Below, in pieces: positions 46,715 to 58,750 of a stretch of DNA of 64,000 nt (the first letter of the stretch is position 1; every line of letters begins with the position of its first letter). The DNA is from Raja brachyura (lineage: Eukaryota). The stretch lies in NCBI GenBank assembly GCA_963514005.1, contig OY740784.1, forward strand, positions 12,338,001 through 12,402,000, in the 5' to 3' direction. The position numbers and the translations under genes were made by a program. Under the pieces are notes generated by a model. It did no database searches and was not told the origin of the DNA. It worked only from the letters and a program-made list of their open reading frames with translations.

Positions 46715-47034
46715 AAGCCCTGTCCCACGGTGCAAGTTCATTCCAAAAGCTCTCCCATGTTTAAAAAAAAATCAAACTAGTGGTAAGAACGTAGCGGGTA
46801 CGTCGGAGCTCGGGGACATCTCTTAGCGGCTCATAACGCTAACGGCAGGTACTCGGTAAGACTTGCTAACGGCACGTAAGCACGGGAACACTCGTGAAGA
46901 TTTTTCAACATGTTGAAAAATGTCCACATGAGCCCAGAGTACTGACGAGTGGCCATTACCGTAAATCTCCGCGTTCGAATCAGAGAAAACTCGGGCGAGC
47001 TCTTGGAATGAACTCGTACCGTGGGACAGGGCTT
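46715..47034. mobile_element. PIF/Harbinger-like MITE
   Basis: TIRs AAGCCCTGTCCCACGGTGCAAGTTCATTCCA and TGGAATGAACTCGTACCGTGGGACAGGGCTT, with TAA/TTA flanks. The interior resembles 45894-46190. Confidence 0.85.
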
Positions 47035-47589
47035 TTATGCAGAGATAGATAGATTCTTGATTAGTACAGGTGTCAGGGGTTCTGGGGAGAAGGCAGGAGA
47101 ATGGGGCTAAGAGGGAAAGATAGATGACCCATGATTGAATGGTGGAACAGACTTGATGGGCCGAATGGATTAATTCTGCTCCTATCAGTTATGAACTTAC
47201 TATGGTGGCTCTAAGTAACACATAGTTACATATTCTCGATTTTTACTGGTTCTCGGATACAGAGTAAAAAATACATTTCAATTTTGGTCCCTGTTGTAAT
47301 ATGCCACATACAGCAGGCCTCACAAACAACAGTTTGCACACTCCCTGTTATCACATGGGTTTCTTTCAGGTGCTCCCATTTCCAGCCACTCCCGAAGGCA
47401 CGGAAGTGACCAATGTCAATTGGCACGAGTGTGTGGGTGAGTGGTCGAAACGAGGAAGAGCTGATCAGAAAGTGTGGAGAGTTGATAAAATGTATGAAAA
47501 ATGGGATTAGTATAAATGGGTGGTTGAAGGTTGGGACAGAGTCAGTGCCTGTTTCTGTGCTGTATTTCTCCATGATTTCTCCATGATCA

Positions 47590-47905
47590 GTCTCTGGAAG
47601 GGTTCCAACCTTAAACATCACCCATCCATGTTCTCCAGAGATGCTCCCCGACTTGCTGAGTTACTCCAGCACTTTATTTAAGAAGGAACTGCAGATGCTG
47701 GAAAATCAAAGGTAGACAAAAATGCTGGAGAAACTCAGCGGGTGAGGCAGCATCTATGGAGCGAAGGAAATAGGCAACGTTTCGGGTTGAGACCCTTCTT
47801 CATTGCCTATTTCCTTCGCTCCATAGATGCTGCCTCACCCACTGAGTTACTCCAGCACTTTGTGCTTTTTGGTCAAGATTCCAGCTTTTGCAGTTCATTG
47901 TGTTT
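47590..47905. mobile_element. Triple Penelope terminal-repeat structure (+/-/+)
   Basis: Plus copy at 47590-47672, minus copy at 47677-47801, plus arm at 47802-47905. Confidence 0.72.
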
Positions 47906-48034
47906 CCTTTCAAATACCTTTGGGACTCATCACAACAGCAGCACTTCCACAGCTTTGGGAGTTCAGAATTCAAAGTGAAAACTGCATCAGACAGTGGAGC
48001 ATCTAAGATTCTGAAAGTGCATTTGAAGATAGAT

Positions 48035-48632
48035 TGGAGCGGCCTTTACTGGAGTCGGGTCTAGAGGATCAGCAGCGGGTGCAGCGTGGATTTTTCCTTC
48101 GCGGAGCGGACAAACATCGCCAGAGAGGAGTGCTCTGATCGATGACCTGGTGACTTTGGCATCATGGGGCTGTGTTCTGTGGAGCTTCTAGCCACGGGCG
48201 TGGCGTAGACTTACCATCCGGAGTCTGGGACCTCTTGCCGGGGATCGCGGGAGAAGAGCTCCGACCGCCGGCCTGCGGCCTACAACGTCCTGAAGCCGCA
48301 GTCTCCGGTAGGAAAGTGCCATTTCGGGCACTCCAAGCTGCAGAATGTGTTTGACTGTCCCAACATCAGAGTTTTGATCATCCTGACGAGAGGGCCTGTA
48401 CATCGGGCCGTCCGTAGTGGCGACTACGGAGGGTTTATGGCCCCGACCACAGGTGAACAAAGGAGGAGGACTGGCTGAACCTTGTTGCCTTGCACCACAG
48501 TCAAAGAATGCTGTGGTGGATGTTTATGTTAAATCTTATTGGGTATTGTGTGTTCTTTTTCATTGTACCGCTGCTGGCAAATTCATTTCACTGCACCTTC
48601 GGGTGCATGTGACAAATAAAATTGACTTTGAT
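48035..48632 (+). mobile_element. Non-autonomous SINE-like element related to 29519-30167
   Basis: Shares 'ccgg(c/t)ctgcggccta' and 'ctgtggtggatgttta' blocks. Tail is 'atttcactgcaccttcgggtgcatgtgacaaataaa'. Confidence 0.55.
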
Positions 48633-49099
48633 CTACACCAAGGAGCAAGTCTGAGAAGTCGGTTAATATTCCAAACTTGGCCATCCTTCCAAATTTGAGT
48701 TAAATATATTTTTCAACTCAGCCATAAAGTTTACTATGATTTTCCCATCAATGGTAAAATGTCCAAAAGAGAATTTGCTGGCCATTTCATACATTTGTTG
48801 CAGGCCACAAATGTGAAAATACAATATTCCAGAGATATCTGGATCTTTACAATTTTACACTGAACATACTAAAAAGTTGAAGCAAGATACCTCCCTTAAG
48901 AAACGTGCACGCTGATATTTCCCTTTGGGTTTGTTGATGCTGGACTGTTTCTGATGTGAATTATCAATCTGCTGGCACACAGGCAAAGTGGAAAACCTAA
49001 CGTTATTGCATTAATATTATTAATGCAGCCTTCCACTTCTGATCAAAGAGATTATTATATTCTCCAGCATTACGTTAGTCATAAATGCTATCTTCTGCA

Positions 49100-50545
49100 T
49101 TTTCATAAGCTCCTAAATCACCGGATCAGAATTAGGCCATTGGGTCTATCAAGCCTACTCTACCGTTCAATCATATCTTTGCCTCTCGCCCCATTCTCCC
49201 GCCTTCTCCTTATAATCCTTGACACCCTTACTAATCAGGAAGTTGTCAATCTCTGCCTTAAAAACTACCCAATGGCTTGGCCGTCACAGCTTTCTGCAGC
49301 AAAGAAATCCACAGATTCGCCACGCTCTGACTAAAGAAATTCCTCCTCATCTCCTTTCTAAAGGTATGTCCTTTTATTCTGACACTGTGCCCTCTGGTCC
49401 TAGACTTTCCTACTAGTGGAAACATCCTCTCTGCATCCACTCTATCCAGGCCTTTCACTATTCGGTAAGCTTCAATGAGGTCCCCCTCTCATCCTTCTGA
49501 ACTCCAGCGAGCAAAGGGCCAGTGCCATCAAACGCTCAACATACATCATCCCCAGGACCATTCTCATAAACCTCCTCTGGACCCTTTCTATGCCAGCACA
49601 TCCTCCCTCAAGTAAGGGGCCCAAAAAGCCCAAAAGAGCATTTTAACTCAATTCCAATTTGGTGGCAATTTCATACATTTGTTGCAGGCCACAAATGTGA
49701 AAATACAATATTCCAGAGAGATCTGAATCTTTACAATGCAACACTGAAAATACTCACAATATTCCAAATGTGGTCTAACCAGTGCTTTATAACACTTCAG
49801 CATTACATTCCTATTTACATATTCTAGAAATAAACGCTAACATTGCATTTCCCTTCCTTACTACCAATTCAATGCAAATTAATCTTTTGGGAATCCTGCA
49901 CCAGCACTCCCAAGTCCCTTTTCACATCAGTTTTCTGAATCCTCTCCCTATTTAGACAGTCTACGTGGGTAGGAAGGAACTGCAGATGCTGATTTACACT
50001 GAAGATAGATACAAAATGCTGGAGTAACTTAGTGGGACAGGCAGCATCTCTGGAGAGAAGGAATGGGTAATGTTTTGGGTCGAGACCCTCCTTCAGACTG
50101 AGAGTCGGGGAGAGGGAAACGAGAGATATAGAAGGGTACAAAGAGCACATCGAGTGTGAAAAGGACAGATCACAGCAGATGATGATCAAGGATATATATA
50201 CAATGGTTCATTGTCGGCAGAGGGGAAGGTGGCAATGAGTGTACAAACAGTAAAATTAATCGGGGTAGTGAAACTAGTAAAACTAGGGTGGGGAGGGGCA
50301 GAGAGAGAGAGGGAAAGCAAGGTTAGAGAAAATTAGAGAAATCAATATTCATACCGCTGGGTAGTAAACTGCCTTCTTTAGCAACGTCACGTGCGGCACC
50401 TTATCAATGGCTTCCTGAAAATCCAGGTAAACAACATCCACCAACTCTCCTTTGTCTATCCCGATATTTACTTCATCAAAGAATCCCAAACAATTCATCA
50501 GCTAGATCTTCCCTTCACAAAACCATGCTGACCGGCCTATTTTAG
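49100..50545 (-). mobile_element. CR1 LINE fragment interrupted by a Penelope 3' fragment (about 49965-50375, -)
   Basis: ORF 49258..49458 and RT remnants near 50380-50545. The Penelope repeat has a hammerhead-like core at about 50068-50097. Confidence 0.8.
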
Positions 50546-50649
50546 GTTGGATGAGAATGGAAATTATCAAAATAAATAAAGACTATGCAACTCCATCAGC
50601 TAAATCTCCTCAAGCTATGTCCCTCACTTGAGAGCAACCCTGGTGAACC

Positions 50650-50742
50650 TGTTTAAGAAAGAACTGCAGCTGCTGGAAAAATCGAAGGTAGACAAAAATG
50701 CTGGAGAAACTCAGTGGTTTCTCCAGCATTTTTGTCTACCTT
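50650..50742. mobile_element. Very short fold-back Penelope repeat insertion lacking the hammerhead
   Basis: GAAGGTAGACAAAAATGCTGGAGAAAC and GTTTCTCCAGCATTTTTGTCTACCTTC form a perfect hairpin. Flanks TGGTGA(A/T)CCT are duplicated. Confidence 0.75.
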
Positions 50743-52740
50743 CTGGTGATCCTCTGTTTTCTTGTGGTTCTCGGTCTAAAGCTGCAGAACCCAAACTGCA
50801 GAACCTTTCCAGCATTTTCTGATTATTTTAGATTTCCAATTTATATAGCCTTGTTTTTAAAAGCATTGAACAATTCACAACAAAAATATTCATCAGTTGG
50901 AGAAAAGACCATTTCATTCTTGCATCTTTCTATTAACTGGACAGGGGGAAACAATTAAAGAACACAATCCATATTATTGCTTTCATATGTTTATCATAGA
51001 AAATCTAGCATTTCAAATTTGGACAATACATTCCCTTTCTATCTACGTGCAATATGTTACTGAATTTCTATCACTCCTTTCATATTAAAGCAACTTGAAG
51101 ATCAGGTACAATATTAATTCAATTTCCACGACAATTGCTCCGTCTCTCATTTAAACATCTTGATTCCCCCAAATGTAGTGTTTTTCTAACTCTTCACAAA
51201 TGCTTATTTGTTTTATGACTGTTAGCTTGACAAAGGAAGAGACTTGAAATATTACAATAGATTCCAAAAGTGACGATATTGTTGAACAACTTAATTGATT
51301 TTAGGGCACCCTTGGGTCTTGAAAGATGCTACATTAAGTTCCTCCTGAAAGCACTGCAAACCTTTGGTCACAGGGTGGCACTATTGCACCTCGAAGTGCA
51401 GCCTTGTGTACCTGTTGTCTCTGCAATCAAATCTGGACCAAAAATTCAACTAAAAACATTGTGAAGGTGTCTTATAGGTCCATGCATTTATGTTATCTAG
51501 TTCCTATTAAACCCCGACTAAATAATGCAGCTTTGAAACATTAAAAAGTGCAGAACATACTTGTTCCCTCCTCCCTCATAACTGTTTTCCCCACTTAAAA
51601 CTTCATTTCAATGCCTCCAAACTTCTATTCCCCGCTCCCGCACAACCTTTCCCCCTCACAGTTCCTTGTTTCCTTGCTCAGACTGTTGGTCACTCCGTTC
51701 ATAGTGGAGGCTCTTGACACGAGTCAAGTTTGCAGTTTGGATGAAATATTCGGGTCATGTATTTCCTATTGCACTGTAAAAGACTGGCAGGCAACTCAAC
51801 AGTGCACCTGCTAGAAATCTTATAAAAGCCAAGTGCGCAGCCCACACAGTATATGTCATATCTGTTTCCGATAACATATCCAATAAAGTGATTCCGCCAC
51901 CTCACCAGAAGCGAACACATGGGAATAATACCTGCTTCCTCCTGTAGGAGATGCACAAGTTATTCTTGGTCATCACTTGACATCACTAAAGTTGATAAGA
52001 CAAATAATTTTGTTGCAAAAAAAAAATACCCAGTGCAGAATTCATGAGACTTGACAGATAAACCCCTAAACCTAAACCGTAAAATATGGACAAAATACCC
52101 TTATGTGTGGATTCTGTCAGCTTTTCGATTTCCTAACTATTAGGAGGACCTTTTAAAATCATATCCTTTTTGGTAATGTCGTCTCCCCTAGCATCCATCA
52201 CACCAGCGTCCACTGCTCAGATACCCAACAGAAGCTAAAGTGATCAATCAGCTAATGGGTCATTTGTAAAGCTTGCCTTGCTAACAAATAGGTAATTGAT
52301 TCTTTTGCAAATGTTGCATCCCAATGGAAAATCTGCTTTGGAAGCGTATAATGCGGAAAAAAAACTAATATCTCAAAAAGGAAAGTGAGTGACTAAAGTG
52401 AATGAAGCAGCATGCTATTCTGTTTATTTTGAATGAGTTTTACAGTGCTATTAATCTCACAGTGCAAAATTAAACCATCCCTTAATACCGTTAACATTTG
52501 GTTAAATGTTATGCCAAAAATACCACTTAAACATATTTTAAATAATTAGCTTGGTATCATTACATGGAGGACATCAATGAAGATTGTATGGTGATCCTTG
52601 CCAATATTGTAGTTATTCTTTGTAATATTTATTCTTGATTTGTATTGGCTCTCCTTTCTTCAATCAATGTAAGCAATTAGTGATGCAGGGTTTCAGTCCA
52701 ATAGAACTAGCAATCCCTTGCCTCCACATGCAAGGCTTTA

Positions 52741-52957
52741 AGGGCCTGCCCCACTTGGGTTCCATTTCGCTAGACATTACACTTTTACATTCACTAATGC
52801 ACTCCTCATTACATTTAGACGTGATGAGCATTACGCGCGCATGGTGATGTAGGCAGTGACACGCGGTTGCGCGCGGCGCCCCAGGATTTTGGGATGTACA
52901 AAATCTTTGCGCACCATCTGCGTGATGCGCAAATGATGCCCAAGTGGGACAGGCCCC
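52741..52957. mobile_element. PIF/Harbinger-like MITE
   Basis: TIRs AGGGCCTGCCCCACTTGGG and CCCAAGTGGGACAGGCCCC, with TTA TSD. Confidence 0.85.
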
Positions 52958-54189
52958 TTACTCTATGATTTCTTCCAGCAGTATATTTTTTTGCTCAAGG
53001 TTCCAGCATTTGCGGTCTCTAGTGCCCCTGAGCAAAGAACTAGCAAACCAACTAAGAAGTGGGAAAACGCTAAATTGTCCATTTTGGCAGGAAAAATAAT
53101 GGACACATTATTGTCATTTTTAAGCACTGATTTGCTAAGGGATGATATCATATCTGCTTCCACCGAGATCTGCTGTTATAAAATAATTGAATATAGATTA
53201 AAATAATTTAACAGTAAAAATTTGGAATAAAACAAAAATGATGGGTGCACTTTGGAGGTCAAGCAGCATTAGTGGAGAAATGCCAGAATTGTGGAATATT
53301 TAGAAAAGTTAATTTTAAAATTTTTTAAACTAATTTATTTATTTGCACCATGTTTTAAAAGAAGACAAACGATCAATTTATAATACCATACAGTGCTGGG
53401 AGGGAAGGGAAGCCCAGAGCGCTTATACAAAGTCCGCTCCCATCTTAAAATGAGCGTTAATGGCAAATCAGGGGGTAGGAGAAATAAAAAAAGACAAGAA
53501 TAAACAATAATACAGTTTAAGAATGAAAATTAAAAATATGAAATTAAAAATATGAAAATGAATAAAATAATAAGGTATAGTATGAGATAAGAGTCAACAG
53601 AAGTAGTTTGAGCTCATAAAGAGCATTACAAAAAGCTGGAGATCAGAATTCAGGACATGATGAGAAAATTTTTAAGCTCAATCTTAAAGGTGGCTAAGGA
53701 GGTGTGAGACTTTAATGACAGAATTGATGAGTTCCGAGTCTTCAGTAGTCCTTACATCTTTACCAGCTTACAGTAATGTGCTCCAGAATAATGAAATATC
53801 CATTCCCTTGTTATGTTGTCTCCCATTTTGTTTTAAGCCTAAGTATATCAACTTATTTTTCCACAAGAGAAGGCAATAAATGAGTCAAATAAATTTAAAT
53901 GGAAATTCTGCTAAGATAGAAATAAAAGTACTCCGTCCAACGCTAAGTAATGCTTTTACAGTCTTTCCCAATATATGTAGTGTTTCTTTTCTCATTTTTC
54001 TCAGTGATGTGAGGAGTCAAAGCTTCCTATTCAACCCAAAACTGCAAACACCTTCAGGTCCCAAAATATCCTTGAAACTGCTGCAAAGGCCTCTGATTTG
54101 TATATATCCACAAATGAAAAATCATACGTAGAACTAAATAAATTGGCAGACATTACTGGGTTAACATTGGTCATACCACTTCCTCTACC

Positions 54190-55295
54190 CTGACCCTCAA
54201 CACTGGTGTCCCTCAGGGTTGTGTGTTCAGTCCCTTGATCCATTTCCTGTACATCCATGACTGTATGATCAAGCACAGCATCAGCTCAATCTTCAGTTTG
54301 CCGATTATACTACTGTTGTTAGTTGGATCAACAGTGACAAAATGAAGTACAGGAAAGAGACCAAGCACCTTGAGACTTGGTGCAAGAACAACGAACTAGC
54401 CCCGAATGTCAGAAAGTCAAAAGATTTGATTGTTGACCAAAGGAAACGAGGGGGTGAAACACAACTCTGTTCATATCAATAGAGATCCGGTAGAAATGGT
54501 CAATAACTTTCTTGGCATCCACATCATCAGCATTCTAACTTTGTCCTTTCACACTGAAGCAGTGATCAAGAAAACAAATCAGTGCATTTACTCGGGTAGT
54601 GTCTGAGAAGATTCAGCATGTCCATGAGAACCGTTTCAAAATTCTACTAATGGGCTACATTCTGACAGGATAATTTGGTAACTGCTCTATTGAATGCCTG
54701 GACCTACAGACAGTGGGAAACAGCCCATTCCATCACACACTCATCACTTCCTTCAATCCCGTTCATCTTCACAGTGTGTTGCACCAGAAAAGCTTAAAGT
54801 ATTGTCAATGATACCCACCAGCATGGCCATTCCATGTTCTCTCTTCTAACATCTACGATAAGATACAGGAGCTTGAAAGTCCAGATGTCCAGACTTAACA
54901 GCTTCTTCCCCATGGCTATCAGACTCCTGAGCCAATCACATATTGCAAATCTGAAGACGTCACCCATTTCTTCCCTCCAGAGATGCTGCTTGCCCCGCTG
55001 TTACACCAGTATTTTGTGTCTATCTTCAGAGTAAACCAGCATCTGCAGTTCCTTCCTACACATCTTGCAAGTGTACGTATAGTTGCTGCCATGTACACTT
55101 GCTCTTAATGCTGTCTTATTTGATTATTCCTTTACTCTAATATCTGTCTGCGCTACTTAAGACCACACTACACTCTTACACCATTCTGCTGTTTTGCACT
55201 AGTCATTGCATTTATCATTACTGCATGTACACTGTTTATTTTCTGAGCTTCATGTGAACAAAGAATTTCATTGCACCTTGGTGTGTATGACAATA
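54190..55295 (+). mobile_element. Old Rex1-like LINE fragment with a Penelope repeat (about 54950-55062) in its 3' UTR
   Basis: TGVPQGCVFSP, FADYTTV and RYRSLKVQMSRLNSFFPMAIRLL remnants, with many stops. Confidence 0.78.
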
Positions 55296-57209
55296 CATGC
55301 AGCTGAATCCAAATCCGCAATCTGATGTTTGTTCAGAAATAAACTGGCTCCTCACTGAAGCTTTAAAGACAATCAAACAAATCTTGAAATATTTGAATGA
55401 ACTCAAGTTTGGTCTAAGATGTTGCATACAGCTGACTTTAAAAATGAGTTTTAAAATCAATGGCTGCCTCTACAAAATCATTTTATTTTTCAACATGATT
55501 TTAAAAAGGGCAGCCAATATTCTAAAACTAAAAGAAAATCTTATGAATTAATACCATTCTGAGGGAAAGTAATTAACACCAGTTAAAATGAATACCTAAC
55601 TTCTAATTCACAAGTTTGGTTTAATTAATCAGGCTAAATTAAATCAAATCCTTTGCATTCTCTTCTCACTGGACTGAACATTACAATCACAATCACAATC
55701 AGTTTCATAAAGTGCAAATGAAATGAACTTCCTTCTAAACAATGTCATGATTTTTATCTTTAATAATGGAAAACTCGTTTTCTAAAAGGATTAGCAGACT
55801 CAACACACATTGCATGATAATGCAACATCACAATGAATCCCATTATTTTTGTCATCTAAAAGAAAAATTATTTTAAAAGGAGCGAATGGAATGTATGCTT
55901 ATGATTAACTAAAATAAATACAGAAAGTAGCTTTACTAGAAACAAATTCAGCAGATATTTAAATGTATTTTTAAGTTCTTTGAAACGCAAGGCTTTCAGG
56001 AAAAAATACATTAAAAAAAGATGGAGCAAAGGACACACAGATTCTGAACATTCAGTTGAAATTCTATCTCCATTAGTTGAGAAGTTAATGATAAGGAACA
56101 GAGTGGAACTTGAGAATCTCCAAAGCCATGAGTGAAATGACAATAAATGGTCTCCAGAGTCCAATCTGGATTATTTCTCTTCACTCTAAAAATGCATGTC
56201 CCAATTACATTTCCACACATAACTGACAGAGAATTACCCCGTCATCTTCATTCTGGCCAGGACTCAATATTAATCCATTTAGAATAAAGAGGATAAATGG
56301 AGGGAATTGTTGCCAATGGTGTCTCATCAATCTGAAACACACTTCCTCTGACATACTCACTATTTCCTAATTTTTTTTATAAATTTCAGATTTTGAGCAT
56401 CATAAATGTTTTGCATTTATTTATTTATTGTACAAGCCAAATTTAGACATTGGAAGAAACTAATACCAATTTGCGTTCATAGTGCCTTCAGCATTAAGGG
56501 GCGGCACACTGATGTCGTGGTAGAACTACTGCCTTACAGCACCAGAGACCCAGGTTCGATCCTGACTACGGGATCGCTGGTCGGTGTGGATTCGGTGGGC
56601 CGAAGGGCCCCTTTCCGCACTGTATCTCTAAACTAAACTAAATAAGAGATTCTAAAATATATCAGAAGAACAGAATTAAATAAAAACTTAAAGTTAAAAA
56701 AAATCACTTATTACCAGTGATCTAAACCTTGGCCAAAGATTACGTGAAAAAGAGTTTAATAGAGAAGGAGGTGCAAATGGACTGTATTCAAAATATTTTT
56801 GTCTGGAGATAACATTTCTCTCCTAATGACTTTCCAATAATGAGGCATTGTTAGAATTTTGTCAGAATAAGGCATGGATTCAAACCTTTGCTTTTCCCAT
56901 AGCAAATCTCTGCTGAGCAGTTAAAGGATCATAAGAGCATCAAAGGTGGAAAGGAAAATAATTAAAAACAGCCGTCGATTGGGACCTTTCTCAAAAAGCT
57001 TTGTGCAGTAGGTTCTGGAGCAGAATGTGAAGAGAGCTCAGAGTAAGTTGTTTGCTCATCCTTTCCAAAGGGACAAAAGAACGACATGGATTTACGGAGC
57101 AGGAGGTAGTAAAAACAAGGGGGGGGGGGGGGGGGGTTAAAAGATGGACAGCAGAAAAGTTAAAAACCTGTCACTTGCAGTTTTTGCAATATTACTACAC
57201 CACACTTAC

Positions 57210-57287
57210 AATGTCGAAGTGTTGCGTCACATCTCCCTGGATATCCAGCAAATAGACTTTGCCATGGTGTGTCCCCAGCGCTAAAAA
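57210..57287 (-). CDS. VPS41: VPS41 coding exon, FLALGTHHGKVYLLDIQGDVTQHFDI
   Basis: Matches human FLALGTHYGKVYLLDVQGNITQKFDV. Polypyrimidine tract plus CAG acceptor, GTAAGT donor, 78 bp, in frame with the previous exon. Confidence 0.96.
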
Positions 57288-57569
57288 CTGGAACAGAAAA
57301 ACAGCATAGTGAAAGATATTGAAGATATACGCAATCTTCATCCATTATTATCAACAGAAGTCGTTTATTGTGCTTCATTGAGAAAGCTTACAGGCAACAA
57401 TTATTATTCCAAACCACTTCATATGAAAAATAAACATTTGCTCCCATTTCTTTATAAATCTGGAACGCTGCACAAAACCATCCAGGCAAATATATGCCAT
57501 GGGAAATATTTTGCACTATAGGTGCAATTGGATAGTTACTATCAGCCATGAAGAGATCTAACACTCTTG

Positions 57570-58750
57570 AAGACAAGAGAAAGCAGGTGCTGGAATCTGG
57601 AACTAAATGAAACGAAAGGTTACTGCAAGAACTCAGCAGGTCAAAGTACAACTGTGGAGTCAAAAGGTCCATGTCAATATTTCAGGTCTAGGCAAGGCAT
57701 CAGGACTGAGGAGAAAGACTGCCAATATAGGGAAGTATCAGGAAGGGAAAGTTGCCATTAACCTGGAAAGAGTGCAGAGAGATGTTAATGAGGATGTTGC
57801 CAGGGCTTGAGGGACTGAGCTGCAGGGAGAGGTTGGGCAGACCAGGTATGGTATCCCTTGGAGGGCTGTAGGGATGCAATGTGAAATAGATTGAGTGAAC
57901 GCCGAGTTTTTTTTCCAGGGTAGGGGATCAAGAATTAGAGGGCTTAGAGGTTTAAGGTGCAAGGGAAAATATTTAATAGGAACCCGAGCACAGAAATATG
58001 GAACGAGCAGCCAGAGGTAGCAGCTGAGGCAGATACAATAACCACAATGAAAAAACATTTGAACAGGTACATGGGCAGGAAATTTTTAGAGGGATATGGT
58101 CGAAAAGCAGGGAAGCTTAGATGGGGCATCGAGCTTAGATGGGGCATTTGGTCAATATGGATGAATAGGCTTGGAGGGCCTGAGAAAATGAGAAAAAAGG
58201 GACTTACATTCCCACTTACATGCTGACCTGCTTAACCTTGGCCTTCCCCATTGCTATGAACAGGCCAAACACAAATTAGAGCAGCAACATTACATACTCT
58301 GTTTTGGTCACTTGCTATGAACATTAGGTTATTTCCAACTTGTGTAACCCACACCTCCAGTGTTCTTCTTCTTCTTCTTCTTCTACACACACACACATAT
58401 ATACAATCACACACCTACCTGTCCACCTAGGTTTCTTCTTTGTTCACTCTTCCTATCCCCTCTGCCCTCCCACTTCCTTACCTGGATCCATCTTCCCATC
58501 ATTACCGCTCCACCCACCCCCACCCCCCCATCCCCCAATCTAGTTCCACCTATCGCCTACAAGTATCTGCCCCATCACTACCTAGTACCACTGCATACTG
58601 ACAACCTTTCCTCTCCCTCTCCTGATGGAGGGTCACAACTCAAAAAATGTCTTCACACACTTTGCCTCCACAGATGCTGTTTGACACGCTCGAGTTCTTC
58701 CAGCGTTTTCTTCTTTACGTCTAATATCCTCTGTAAATTCCAATGCTGCT
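57570..58750. mobile_element. Decayed Penelope (-) 57570-57720, CR1 (+) 57750-58190 and Penelope (+) 58200-58750 fragments
   Basis: CR1 motif IWNEQPEVAAEADTITTMKKHLNRYM. Degenerate 'cctgatggagggtc...' repeat. (CTT)n/(CA)n microsatellite at about 58363-58400. Confidence 0.6.

Larger units (their letters stand above)
44095..47200 (+). mobile_element. Old, decayed CR1 LINE sequence hosting several nested insertions
   Basis: Scattered CR1 RT remnants (GRSCLTNL, MVEGCF, ISKFSDDT) that resume after each MITE. It may consist of more than one CR1 copy. Confidence 0.7.
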
